This document shows positions 25,774 through 33,533 of a stretch of DNA of 64,000 bases, piece after piece (position 1 is the stretch's first letter; every line of letters begins with the position of its first letter). The stretch comes from Vicinamibacteria bacterium (GTDB lineage: Bacteria; Acidobacteriota; Vicinamibacteria; Marinacidobacterales; Marinacidobacteraceae). A program made the position numbers and the translations under genes. The stretch covers positions 2,432,001 to 2,496,000 of the forward strand of contig OY729431.1 of assembly GCA_963422395.1 (NCBI GenBank). Reading direction: 5' to 3'. The notes under the pieces were generated by a model. The model saw nothing but the letters and a program-made list of their open reading frames with translations, searched no databases and was not told the DNA's origin.

Positions 25774-27032
25774 TGCCTACCACGATTCCAGCGATCGCTG
25801 GACGAATCGGCAAGACCGAATACTGGGTCACTACGATGAAGGCCAAGGAGATGTGCGAACGGCTCGTGATCCCCAAGGAAATGGAGGGATGGGAGGACAT
25901 CTCTCTCGAGGAGAGATACCAGAGAGACATCGATCTGGCGCGGGTCCGTCGGGAGATCGCCCCGTACTTCGCCAACGACGAGAATCGTTTCACGGGATCT
26001 CTGATCGTTGCCATTCAGAATCCTGATGGAATCGAATTCGAAGAGGTAACGGAAGTGGCTCCGAATATGCCGTCCCTGTACAAGCAGTCGGCCAGAGGGC
26101 TCGGCCTGCTGACGCTTTCCGGCGGGGAGATCCTCGTTCCTCTCGACGGCCAGCACCGTACGAAGGCCATCAAGTATGCGATCACCGGACGGGACGACAA
26201 CAACAACGACCTCGACAGGATCGACGGAAATTCAGAAATCGCGCGCGACGACATCGTGATCATTCTCGTCAAGTACGATCCAGAAGTCTCTCGCCGTATC
26301 TTCAACAAGGTCAACCGGTACGCGCGGCCCACTTCGAAAGGGCAGAATCTCATCACCGACGACGACGATGTCGTGGCGGTCATCGTGCGTCGGAATGTCG
26401 TGGGAGAACTCATCGATCCTCGTCTGGTGAGTTTCCGATCATCGAGCTTGAACAGGAAGGCCAGGGAATTCACCACATTATCCACCCTGTACGAAGGGAG
26501 TCAGTCGATCCTCAAAGCGAAAGGACACAAGCCGGACAAGTCGAGGCCCGATTCCAGCAAGGAACAGATTTTCCGAAAGGAGATCGTGGATACCTGGAAG
26601 GCACTGTTCGAAGGGATGGATGTCGTTCGGCTCGCCATAGCCGATCCAGGAGAAGCCGGGGACGAGAAACGACGGGAGATCCGCAAGGACTCCATCCTCG
26701 GAAGGCCGATCGGCCAGCTCGCGACCGTTCGGGCCGCCATGACGCTTCGGCACGACAGTCGTTTCGAGATGCCGATGGCAAAAGTGATCGCTGGCCTGAA
26801 CCGGGTGCCATGGGACCCCGATGCTTCGGTTTGGCAGGGCGTCCTGAGGAGCGGAACGAAGATGAAGTCTGGGCGAACGGCGGCTGTCCTCGCCGGCGAC
26901 CTCATCGCCTACATGGTGGCGGGGAATAACTTCACCGACGACGAGGCGAAGGAACTCGAGAAGAAGATCCAATCGAACCTGGCCGAGCCAGAGGCGGCCG
27001 AATATCGGCTGCCCGATCCGATCGGACTCTGA
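25773..27032 (+). CDS. DGQHR-domain (DndB/ParB-like) protein 1
   Basis: YQR, LDGQHR and FNKVN (FxxxN); strong RBS AAGGAG; TGATG coupling to the GIY-YIG gene. Confidence 0.85.
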   Translation: MPTTIPAIAGRIGKTEYWVTTMKAKEMCERLVIPKEMEGWEDISLEERYQRDIDLARVRREIAPYFANDENRFTGSLIVAIQNPDGIEFEEVTEVAPNMPSLYKQSARGLGLLTLSGGEILVPLDGQHRTKAIKYAITGRDDNNNDLDRIDGNSEIARDDIVIILVKYDPEVSRRIFNKVNRYARPTSKGQNLITDDDDVVAVIVRRNVVGELIDPRLVSFRSSSLNRKAREFTTLSTLYEGSQSILKAKGHKPDKSRPDSSKEQIFRKEIVDTWKALFEGMDVVRLAIADPGEAGDEKRREIRKDSILGRPIGQLATVRAAMTLRHDSRFEMPMAKVIAGLNRVPWDPDASVWQGVLRSGTKMKSGRTAAVLAGDLIAYMVAGNNFTDDEAKELEKKIQSNLAEPEAAEYRLPDPIGL

Positions 27033-27048
27033 ATATAGAACGAGCTCC

Positions 27049-27210
27049 ATGTCATCGTGCTGGTATCCACTGATCATGCACTCCGAACAGTTGGAAGTGC
27101 TGGGAAACCTCATGCCGGAAGCTGCCGATAGTCATGGTCTTGCAAAACCTTCTGCATCTGTGAAGAGGCCGCCTCCACACAGCCATATCGATCAATTCAG
27201 CATCGAATGA
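27049..27210 (+). CDS. Possible 53-aa ORF filling the gap between DGQHR proteins 1 and 2
   Basis: MSSCWYPLIMHSEQ...SHIDQFSIE*; its TGA overlaps the next ATG (ATGA); no recognisable motif. Confidence 0.25.
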   Translation: MSSCWYPLIMHSEQLEVLGNLMPEAADSHGLAKPSASVKRPPPHSHIDQFSIE

Positions 27211-29081
27211 CCGAAACCATGACGATCCTTCCTCCGATAACCAGCAATCCGTACAACCAGAAACTGCAGGGTTTCTACGGCGAATTCGGCGCCGGCTCCG
27301 GGGTCTGCGCGCTCTATCTGCAGTCCGCCATCGAGCCGATCCAGCTCGAACGCATCTCGATGATCAGCGAAATCGAAGACTCCAAGCGCTGGCCGGTGCG
27401 CAACCTGTTCCAGCGCGATGTGGACACTGAGCGGGTGACTCACGGCCTGCTGCCGTACCTGTCCTCGAACGACAGGATCAAGTTCTTCAATCCGCTCACT
27501 CTGACCCTGCTCCCGATCGGGCGAGACGCGGCGGTGGCGGACCTCGAGATCCCGAACCTCGAAGTCGAGACCGAGGAACGAAACGGCCCCCCCGCGATCA
27601 CCTGGGAAATGCGGTCTCACGCCCCCCACTACCGCGTCTCGTGGATCCGCGGCAACCCGCAGTTCGCCGAAATGGAGTGGAACGACTCCAGAACCCGGAT
27701 CGTGGCCATCGACGGCCAGCACCGGCTCTCGGCGCTCAAGCGCTTGTGGACCGATCAGGACACTGCCGCGAGGAAACGGCTGGCCGAATGGCGAATTCCG
27801 GTGGTCGTGGTGACCTTCCGGCGAGACCACAAGCGCAAGCACCTGCCGTCGCTCGTCGATGTGGTCCGCAACATCTTCGTCGATATCAACACCACCGCTC
27901 AGGAAGTCAGCACGGCCCGCGCGATCCTGCTCTCGGACGAGAGTCCTTCGGCGGTCTGCACCCAGGAGCTTCTGCAGCGGTCGCACGGAAACGACTTCCT
28001 GTCCCTGGCGCAGCGGAAAGCGGAGCGGGTGCCGCTCCTGTGTTACGACTGGCGCGGAGAGGAGAGCAAGAAGCGGCGGGAGCACGCCCCCGCGGCGGTG
28101 ATGGGAATCGAGGAAGTCCGGGACTGGTTCTTCCACTACCTCCTCGGTTGCCGGATCGAGTCGAAGAACGGCGACCGCAACGAGTTCACGACGGAAGTCA
28201 GGAACGCCCTCGGCATCGTGTCCACCGACCGGCTCCACCCGGCGTTCGTCGAAGGCCGACTGAACCACGAGACCAGCGGTCTTCTCCGAAGACGCTTCGA
28301 GCAGGATCTACTCCCGGCAGTCGAGCATGTGCTGCAGAACTTCGCCCCCTACCGGGCCTATGTGAAGAGCCTGCGGGACCTGGAACAGACGTATTGCGGA
28401 CCGGCGCGCCCCGACATCGGCCGCCACGCCTTCGGTCAGCTCCGCTTCGGATCGAGCCGACCCGAGGAAGCCGTGCAGGATCAGGTTCGCGAAACGCTGG
28501 TGGATATCAAGGACCGGGTAGCGAATCTCCGGAAGGAGCACCTGCGGGCGCCGGTGGGACTCGACATCGGAATGCGGGGCGTCATGGCCGCGTTCGGAAG
28601 CTTGCGGGCCTCGTTCGGCCATCCACCCTGGGTGGAGTACGCCGAGCGGTTCACCCAAGCACTGAACCAGCTCTACAACAACGGTTGGCTCGATACCTCA
28701 CGGCAGAACGCGTACCGGGAGCACCTCCGGCACCTCGTCGAAGACCACGACGAGAAAATCGTCAACTACCGGATCGACGCCGTCCCGGATGCCCTCGGGG
28801 CCTACCTGGGAATCCTGGCGGCGGCCTATGGGGGGAAATGGCCGGAGTCCTGGACCAAGGATTGGGCAGCCCCGCGCGAATCCCTGATGGACCGTCTCGA
28901 AGCGACGCTCGTGCGGGGCTACAGGCGGCAGGTGAGGCCGGGCTTGAGAGAGCAGTACCCCAAGGGAGGACGCGATCTGACGGACGCCGTGAACGACGAG
29001 GCGCAGCGGCTGGCCGGGCGCCATATCCGGAGATTCGAGCAGGCCGTGAAACGGGTGCGGAAGAGCTACCAGGGCGTCTGA
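27207..29081 (+). CDS. DGQHR-domain protein 2 (long, divergent, with C-terminal extension)
   Basis: LFQRDVD, IDGQHR and IFVDIN motifs. Confidence 0.82.
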   Translation: MTETMTILPPITSNPYNQKLQGFYGEFGAGSGVCALYLQSAIEPIQLERISMISEIEDSKRWPVRNLFQRDVDTERVTHGLLPYLSSNDRIKFFNPLTLTLLPIGRDAAVADLEIPNLEVETEERNGPPAITWEMRSHAPHYRVSWIRGNPQFAEMEWNDSRTRIVAIDGQHRLSALKRLWTDQDTAARKRLAEWRIPVVVVTFRRDHKRKHLPSLVDVVRNIFVDINTTAQEVSTARAILLSDESPSAVCTQELLQRSHGNDFLSLAQRKAERVPLLCYDWRGEESKKRREHAPAAVMGIEEVRDWFFHYLLGCRIESKNGDRNEFTTEVRNALGIVSTDRLHPAFVEGRLNHETSGLLRRRFEQDLLPAVEHVLQNFAPYRAYVKSLRDLEQTYCGPARPDIGRHAFGQLRFGSSRPEEAVQDQVRETLVDIKDRVANLRKEHLRAPVGLDIGMRGVMAAFGSLRASFGHPPWVEYAERFTQALNQLYNNGWLDTSRQNAYREHLRHLVEDHDEKIVNYRIDAVPDALGAYLGILAAAYGGKWPESWTKDWAAPRESLMDRLEATLVRGYRRQVRPGLREQYPKGGRDLTDAVNDEAQRLAGRHIRRFEQAVKRVRKSYQGV

Positions 29082-29106
29082 ACGGCGCCGGAACCGAGGA
29101 GAAACG

Positions 29107-30483
29107 ATGCAGCTGTATCCCGCCATGCGCGCCTCGATGGGCGACTGGACCTACTACATCGTCCGCATGACGATGCGGGAGGTGGCGCACGAGGTGCAGC
29201 TCGCCAGCGAACTGTGGACCGACGCGACCCTGAGCGACGCCATCCAGCGGACGGTGGATGCATCGCGAGTGAAGAGGGAACTCGTGAAGTTCCTCTCCCG
29301 GCGCGACGACCGGTTCTTCTCGTCGCTGGTGGTGGCCGCCATCGGCGGGAACCCGAGCTGGAAGCCGGTCGATTCGCGATTCGAAGAGGCTTTCGGGGAG
29401 CTCGCCTTCCAGGTCGATCCGCGGTACTACGCCCTCGACGGGCAGCACCGGCTCAAGGCGATCAAGGAGCTCATGGCGGACCCTTCGGGGGCGCCCCCGA
29501 GATTCGCAAGCGAGCAGCTCTCGGTGATCGTCGTGGTGCGCGAGCACCAGACCGCCGACGGAGACGATCGGTTGTGGAAACAGCGTTACCGGCGGTTGTT
29601 CTCGAGCCTGAACCGATATGCGAAACCGACCGACGGGGACACGAACATCATCATGGACGAGGACGATGTGTTCGCCATCGTCACCCGGCGGCTGATCGCG
29701 GATCACCCCTTCTTCCAGGTGTCGGCTCCGGAGAAGAAGTCCTTCCGGGTGCAGACCAGGGGCAAGAACTTGAAGGCGGGAGCACCGCACTTCACCAGCC
29801 TGCAGACACTCTACGAGATGAACCAGATCTTGCTGACGGACGCCGAGATGCAAGCCCGGTGGGGCCAGCCCCGGGACGTGAAGGTGTACTTGCGGTTCCG
29901 GCCCGAAGAGGAGGAGATCGATACCTGCTACCGGAAACTCGCACAGACTTGGGATTCCTTGCTCGAGGCGATGCCCGACCTCCGCACCCCTCCGGAACGA
30001 ATGCGGACCCACCAGCCGCCGGACTCGAACCCCGACGGGTTCTCCGACCACCTCGCGTTCTGGCCCATCGGGCAGAGCTTGCTGGCGAAAATCGCCCGCT
30101 CTCTCCTCGACAGCGCAGCAGCCGACCCGGACGAGGAACCGGCGCCGATGGTCGAGGCACTGCGGCCGCTCGCGGACGCGCCGTGGGATCTCCACCAGCC
30201 CCCCTGGCGGTATCTCCTGCTGGTGCCCGACGAAACGAAACCAAGTGTATGGCGCATGCGCAGCGAGAGCCGCAAGAAGGCCCTCGAAGTGGCCGAACGG
30301 CTGCTGCGCTGGCTCTGCGGCCTCGACCCATTGAACGAAGAAGAAGAGGGGGAACTCCAGAAGGACTGGCGAAACCTGCTCTACCGGTCGCCCGAACCGA
30401 CCGGTGACGCCCCCGAGGAAGCGTCGCAGATGTGGGAGCGGGTCGAGGCGGCACGGCAGAAAATCGTTGTCCGAGGCGGTTGA
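29107..30483 (+). CDS. DGQHR-domain (DndB-like) protein 3
   Basis: YPAMRASMGDWTYY, IQR, LDGQHR and LFSSLNRYAKP. Confidence 0.85.
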   Translation: MQLYPAMRASMGDWTYYIVRMTMREVAHEVQLASELWTDATLSDAIQRTVDASRVKRELVKFLSRRDDRFFSSLVVAAIGGNPSWKPVDSRFEEAFGELAFQVDPRYYALDGQHRLKAIKELMADPSGAPPRFASEQLSVIVVVREHQTADGDDRLWKQRYRRLFSSLNRYAKPTDGDTNIIMDEDDVFAIVTRRLIADHPFFQVSAPEKKSFRVQTRGKNLKAGAPHFTSLQTLYEMNQILLTDAEMQARWGQPRDVKVYLRFRPEEEEIDTCYRKLAQTWDSLLEAMPDLRTPPERMRTHQPPDSNPDGFSDHLAFWPIGQSLLAKIARSLLDSAAADPDEEPAPMVEALRPLADAPWDLHQPPWRYLLLVPDETKPSVWRMRSESRKKALEVAERLLRWLCGLDPLNEEEEGELQKDWRNLLYRSPEPTGDAPEEASQMWERVEAARQKIVVRGG

Positions 30484-32200
30484 CGGATCGGCGCCCGAAA
30501 GGGAGCGCACCCGCGGCGAGATCGTCTTCCGCTGCCGCGCTCCGGCACGAGTCACCGCGGAGCGTTGCCGCATCGCCTCGGACTGGGCGATAACTCTCGA
30601 CGCCGGGCTGGCCCAGCGCACTTCCCGAGGCGAGAGCCCGCAGGTCGAAGTCCCCTCCCGGCTGACAGCGGCCTTCACCCGGGCGATGCACCCCACGCTG
30701 GCCGAATATCGCCGGCTGCGGCTCGGCGTCGGCAGCTTGGTGCGCCCCCTCTTCCTCGATACCCCGGACGACCTGGAAGCGTTGGAGGCGCTCTATCCCT
30801 TCCAGCGCGAAGGCGCTCGTTGGCTCGCAGAACGCTCCGGCGCCATCCTCGCCGACGACATGGGCCTCGGCAAGACGGTTCAGGTCATCGCCGCCCTGCG
30901 GGTTCTCTTCCATCGGGGCAAGGTCCGCAGCGTGGTCGTGGTGTGCCCGAAGAGCCTGCTTCGGACCTGGGAGCGAGAATTCGGCCGTTGGGCTCCGGAG
31001 CTCGCCGGCGCGGTGATGACCCCGCCCGCCCGGATCCGCGAGCAGGCGTGGAAGGCGGTCGCCGGGCGGCGGCATGTGCTGTTGACGAACTACGAACAAC
31101 TCCGGGAGCCGCCCGCAGTCCTGCAGCAGCGCCCGCTGGAGGTACTGGTCGCCGACGAGGCGCACCATCTGCGCAAGCGGGAGGCGAAGGTGACTTCCGG
31201 CATCTTCCTCCTGCGGCCCGGCCGGTTCTGGGCGCTGAGCGGAACGCCGCTCGAACGGAGCCAAGAGGACCTGGCGACCCTCCTCTCCCTGGTAGCACCG
31301 AGCCGGTTCAACCCTTCGGACGCAAAACTCCATCCCTCCTCGCTGCGGAGCCGAGGGCGCCAGTTCATCCTCCGGCGGCGGAAGGAGGAGGTGTTCGATC
31401 AGCTGCCGCCGGTGTTCGACACCACCGAGATGCTGCAGCTCACCGAACTCCAGGAGCAGGCCTATCGCAAGGCGGTGCGCGAATTCAGACAGGAGCCGGA
31501 AACGGAACTCTCGCTGCTGACCCGCCTGCTCGGGCTCTGCGGCATCGAACCCGAAAGCCGGGCCAGCTCGAAGGCCGACGAGATCGAGTCCCGACTGGGC
31601 CGGATTCGGGAGCAGCGCGAGAAGGCGGTGGTGTTCTCCCTCCGCCTCGATCCGCTCCGGGAGCTCCACCGGCGCCTCACGCGGCGATTCGGAAGAGGAA
31701 CGGCGGTGCTCCTCGTCGGCGAGATGGACGCCGAGGAGCGAGACCGCAGCGTCCAACGCTTCCGCTCCGACGAACAGGCGTTCGTGCTGCTGGCATCGAC
31801 CCGGGTCGGCGGTGAGGGACTGACGCTCACCGAGGCGAACCACATCTTCATGTTCGACCAGTGGTGGAACCCGTCCACGAACGACCAGGCCCGCGACCGG
31901 GTGGTACGGATCGGGCAGCAGCGCGCAGTGCGCGTCCACCGCTTCTGCTGCCTCGACACGATCGAGGAGCGGCTGCTGCGGATACTGGAAACGAAGCGGG
32001 AGATCTTCCGCGAGGTGGTGGACCGGCTCGCGGAACCGGAGGATGCCGTCTTGAAGAGCGCCCTCCGCGAGGTCGGGATCGACCGTCTGCTCGGGGGCGG
32101 GGAGGACGGCGGTCCGCGGCCGGCGAAGTGGTCGGCCGGGCGGTCAGAACGCGCTGCCGCTGCTTCCGAACTCCAGCCGGCGAACCCGGCGGATCCGTAG
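30467..32200 (+). CDS. SNF2-family DEAH helicase/ATPase
   Basis: LYPFQREG, ILADDMGLGKT, DEAH, LSGTPLE, GGEGLTLTEA and WWNP...QARDRVVRIGQ; overlaps the DGQHR-3 stop; start uncertain (30404-30467). Confidence 0.88.
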   Translation: MSEAVDGSAPERERTRGEIVFRCRAPARVTAERCRIASDWAITLDAGLAQRTSRGESPQVEVPSRLTAAFTRAMHPTLAEYRRLRLGVGSLVRPLFLDTPDDLEALEALYPFQREGARWLAERSGAILADDMGLGKTVQVIAALRVLFHRGKVRSVVVVCPKSLLRTWEREFGRWAPELAGAVMTPPARIREQAWKAVAGRRHVLLTNYEQLREPPAVLQQRPLEVLVADEAHHLRKREAKVTSGIFLLRPGRFWALSGTPLERSQEDLATLLSLVAPSRFNPSDAKLHPSSLRSRGRQFILRRRKEEVFDQLPPVFDTTEMLQLTELQEQAYRKAVREFRQEPETELSLLTRLLGLCGIEPESRASSKADEIESRLGRIREQREKAVVFSLRLDPLRELHRRLTRRFGRGTAVLLVGEMDAEERDRSVQRFRSDEQAFVLLASTRVGGEGLTLTEANHIFMFDQWWNPSTNDQARDRVVRIGQQRAVRVHRFCCLDTIEERLLRILETKREIFREVVDRLAEPEDAVLKSALREVGIDRLLGGGEDGGPRPAKWSAGRSERAAAASELQPANPADP

Positions 32201-32201
32201 G

Positions 32202-32624
32202 CTAACGACGGCGACGCCGGCGCCGGGGGATGATCTCGATCTGACTGCGCTCGGTGGCGCGGATGAAGAGGAGTTCGGCCTGCTGCTCGAGCTCGCCGGT
32301 GATCTTGAGAATCCGCCCCGGCGAGTAGCGTTTCACGGGGTCGGTTCCCGTCCAGTTGTGGAGGTCGCTCAGCGGGATGAGCACCTGGAAGGGAAAGTTC
32401 AGGGTGGCGCCGTGGAAGAAGATGTGCACCCCGTCGTTGTTGCGGTCCACCCTCGTAACCTGGCCCCGAACGACCAGCGACTCGCCGACATGCTCGGCGG
32501 TGATTTCACTCGGTTCGATGAACTCTTCTTCTTCGGCGGGCGGATCCTGCCCGAGCGCCGTGGTCCCGAGCAGGAAAGCGAACCCTACGGCGGTCGCCGC
32601 GGAGAGCGTAAAGCGAAATCTCAT
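32202..32624 (-). CDS. Secreted hypothetical protein, probable OB-fold
   Basis: Signal peptide MRFRFTLSAATAVGFAFLL; VGESLVVRGQV...GRILKITGEL beta pattern; poly-Arg C-terminus. Confidence 0.6.
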   Translation of the reverse strand: MRFRFTLSAATAVGFAFLLGTTALGQDPPAEEEEFIEPSEITAEHVGESLVVRGQVTRVDRNNDGVHIFFHGATLNFPFQVLIPLSDLHNWTGTDPVKRYSPGRILKITGELEQQAELLFIRATERSQIEIIPRRRRRRR

Positions 32625-32805
32625 GACTGCCTCCCTCGGCCCGCAAGGGCCTCCAGCATCCTGCGGGCGGGACATCACACCGGCAGGGCCCTGTTTGTAA
32701 CAAGACGACCGCCTCCGAGTCAAAAGCCGGACGGACGAGTCGAGCCGGACCCCGCCTTCGGGCTCTCCGATTCGACGGGTCGAGCCGGACCTGCCGCCGG
32801 CTGGT

Positions 32806-33519
32806 TCAGTGCAGGGTCTCGGAGTTCCCGCGGCGTCCCGGTCCGGAGTAGCGATCGAAGCGCGCCCGCCGGCGGCGCCGCAACAGGTCGTTCCACGCCC
32901 GCCGGAGGCGCGCCCCCCCCGGTCGGATCAGACCGTCGCGGCGCAGCAGGAAATAGCCGACCGCCAACCCGCCGAGATGCGCGATGTGCGACACGCCGTC
33001 GGATGCCGCGGAGAGCGAGCTCGCGAGCGCGATGAAGCCGAGGACGATCACCAGGTGGCGGGCGCTCATCGGGATCAGGCCGAAGATGTACACCGGAGCC
33101 TGAGGAAAGAGGACTCCGAACGCCAGCAACAGCCCGTACACCGCACCCGAGGCACCGATGTGGTTCGCGTGGAAGAACGCCGGGAGAGGCAGCAGGGTGA
33201 AGAGCCCGGCCCCCACTCCGGTGAGCAGGTAGTAGCGCAAGAAGCGGCGCCGGCCCCAGACCCGCTCCAGCTGGGAACCGAACATGTAGAGGACGAACAT
33301 GTTCAGCAGCAGGTGGAACAGCCCTCCGTGCAAGAACATGTAGGTGAACAGGCGCCACACCTGGAGTTGCAGCACCGCCGTCGGGATCAGTCCGAAAAAT
33401 CCGGTGACCGCGGGGACGACCGCCTGGACCAGGAACACCCCGCCGCTGATGAGGATGAGGTGCTTGACCGCTTCCGTCAGCTGCGGGCCGCCGAGGGCCG
33501 AAGTGCCGGGCCGGAACAC
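32806..33519 (-). CDS. Rhomboid intramembrane serine protease
   Basis: WRLFTYMFLH, HLLLNM, GASG and AHLGG motifs. Confidence 0.9.
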   Translation of the reverse strand: MFRPGTSALGGPQLTEAVKHLILISGGVFLVQAVVPAVTGFFGLIPTAVLQLQVWRLFTYMFLHGGLFHLLLNMFVLYMFGSQLERVWGRRRFLRYYLLTGVGAGLFTLLPLPAFFHANHIGASGAVYGLLLAFGVLFPQAPVYIFGLIPMSARHLVIVLGFIALASSLSAASDGVSHIAHLGGLAVGYFLLRRDGLIRPGGARLRRAWNDLLRRRRRARFDRYSGPGRRGNSETLH

Positions 33520-33533
33520 GGGCTGTCAGGCTG

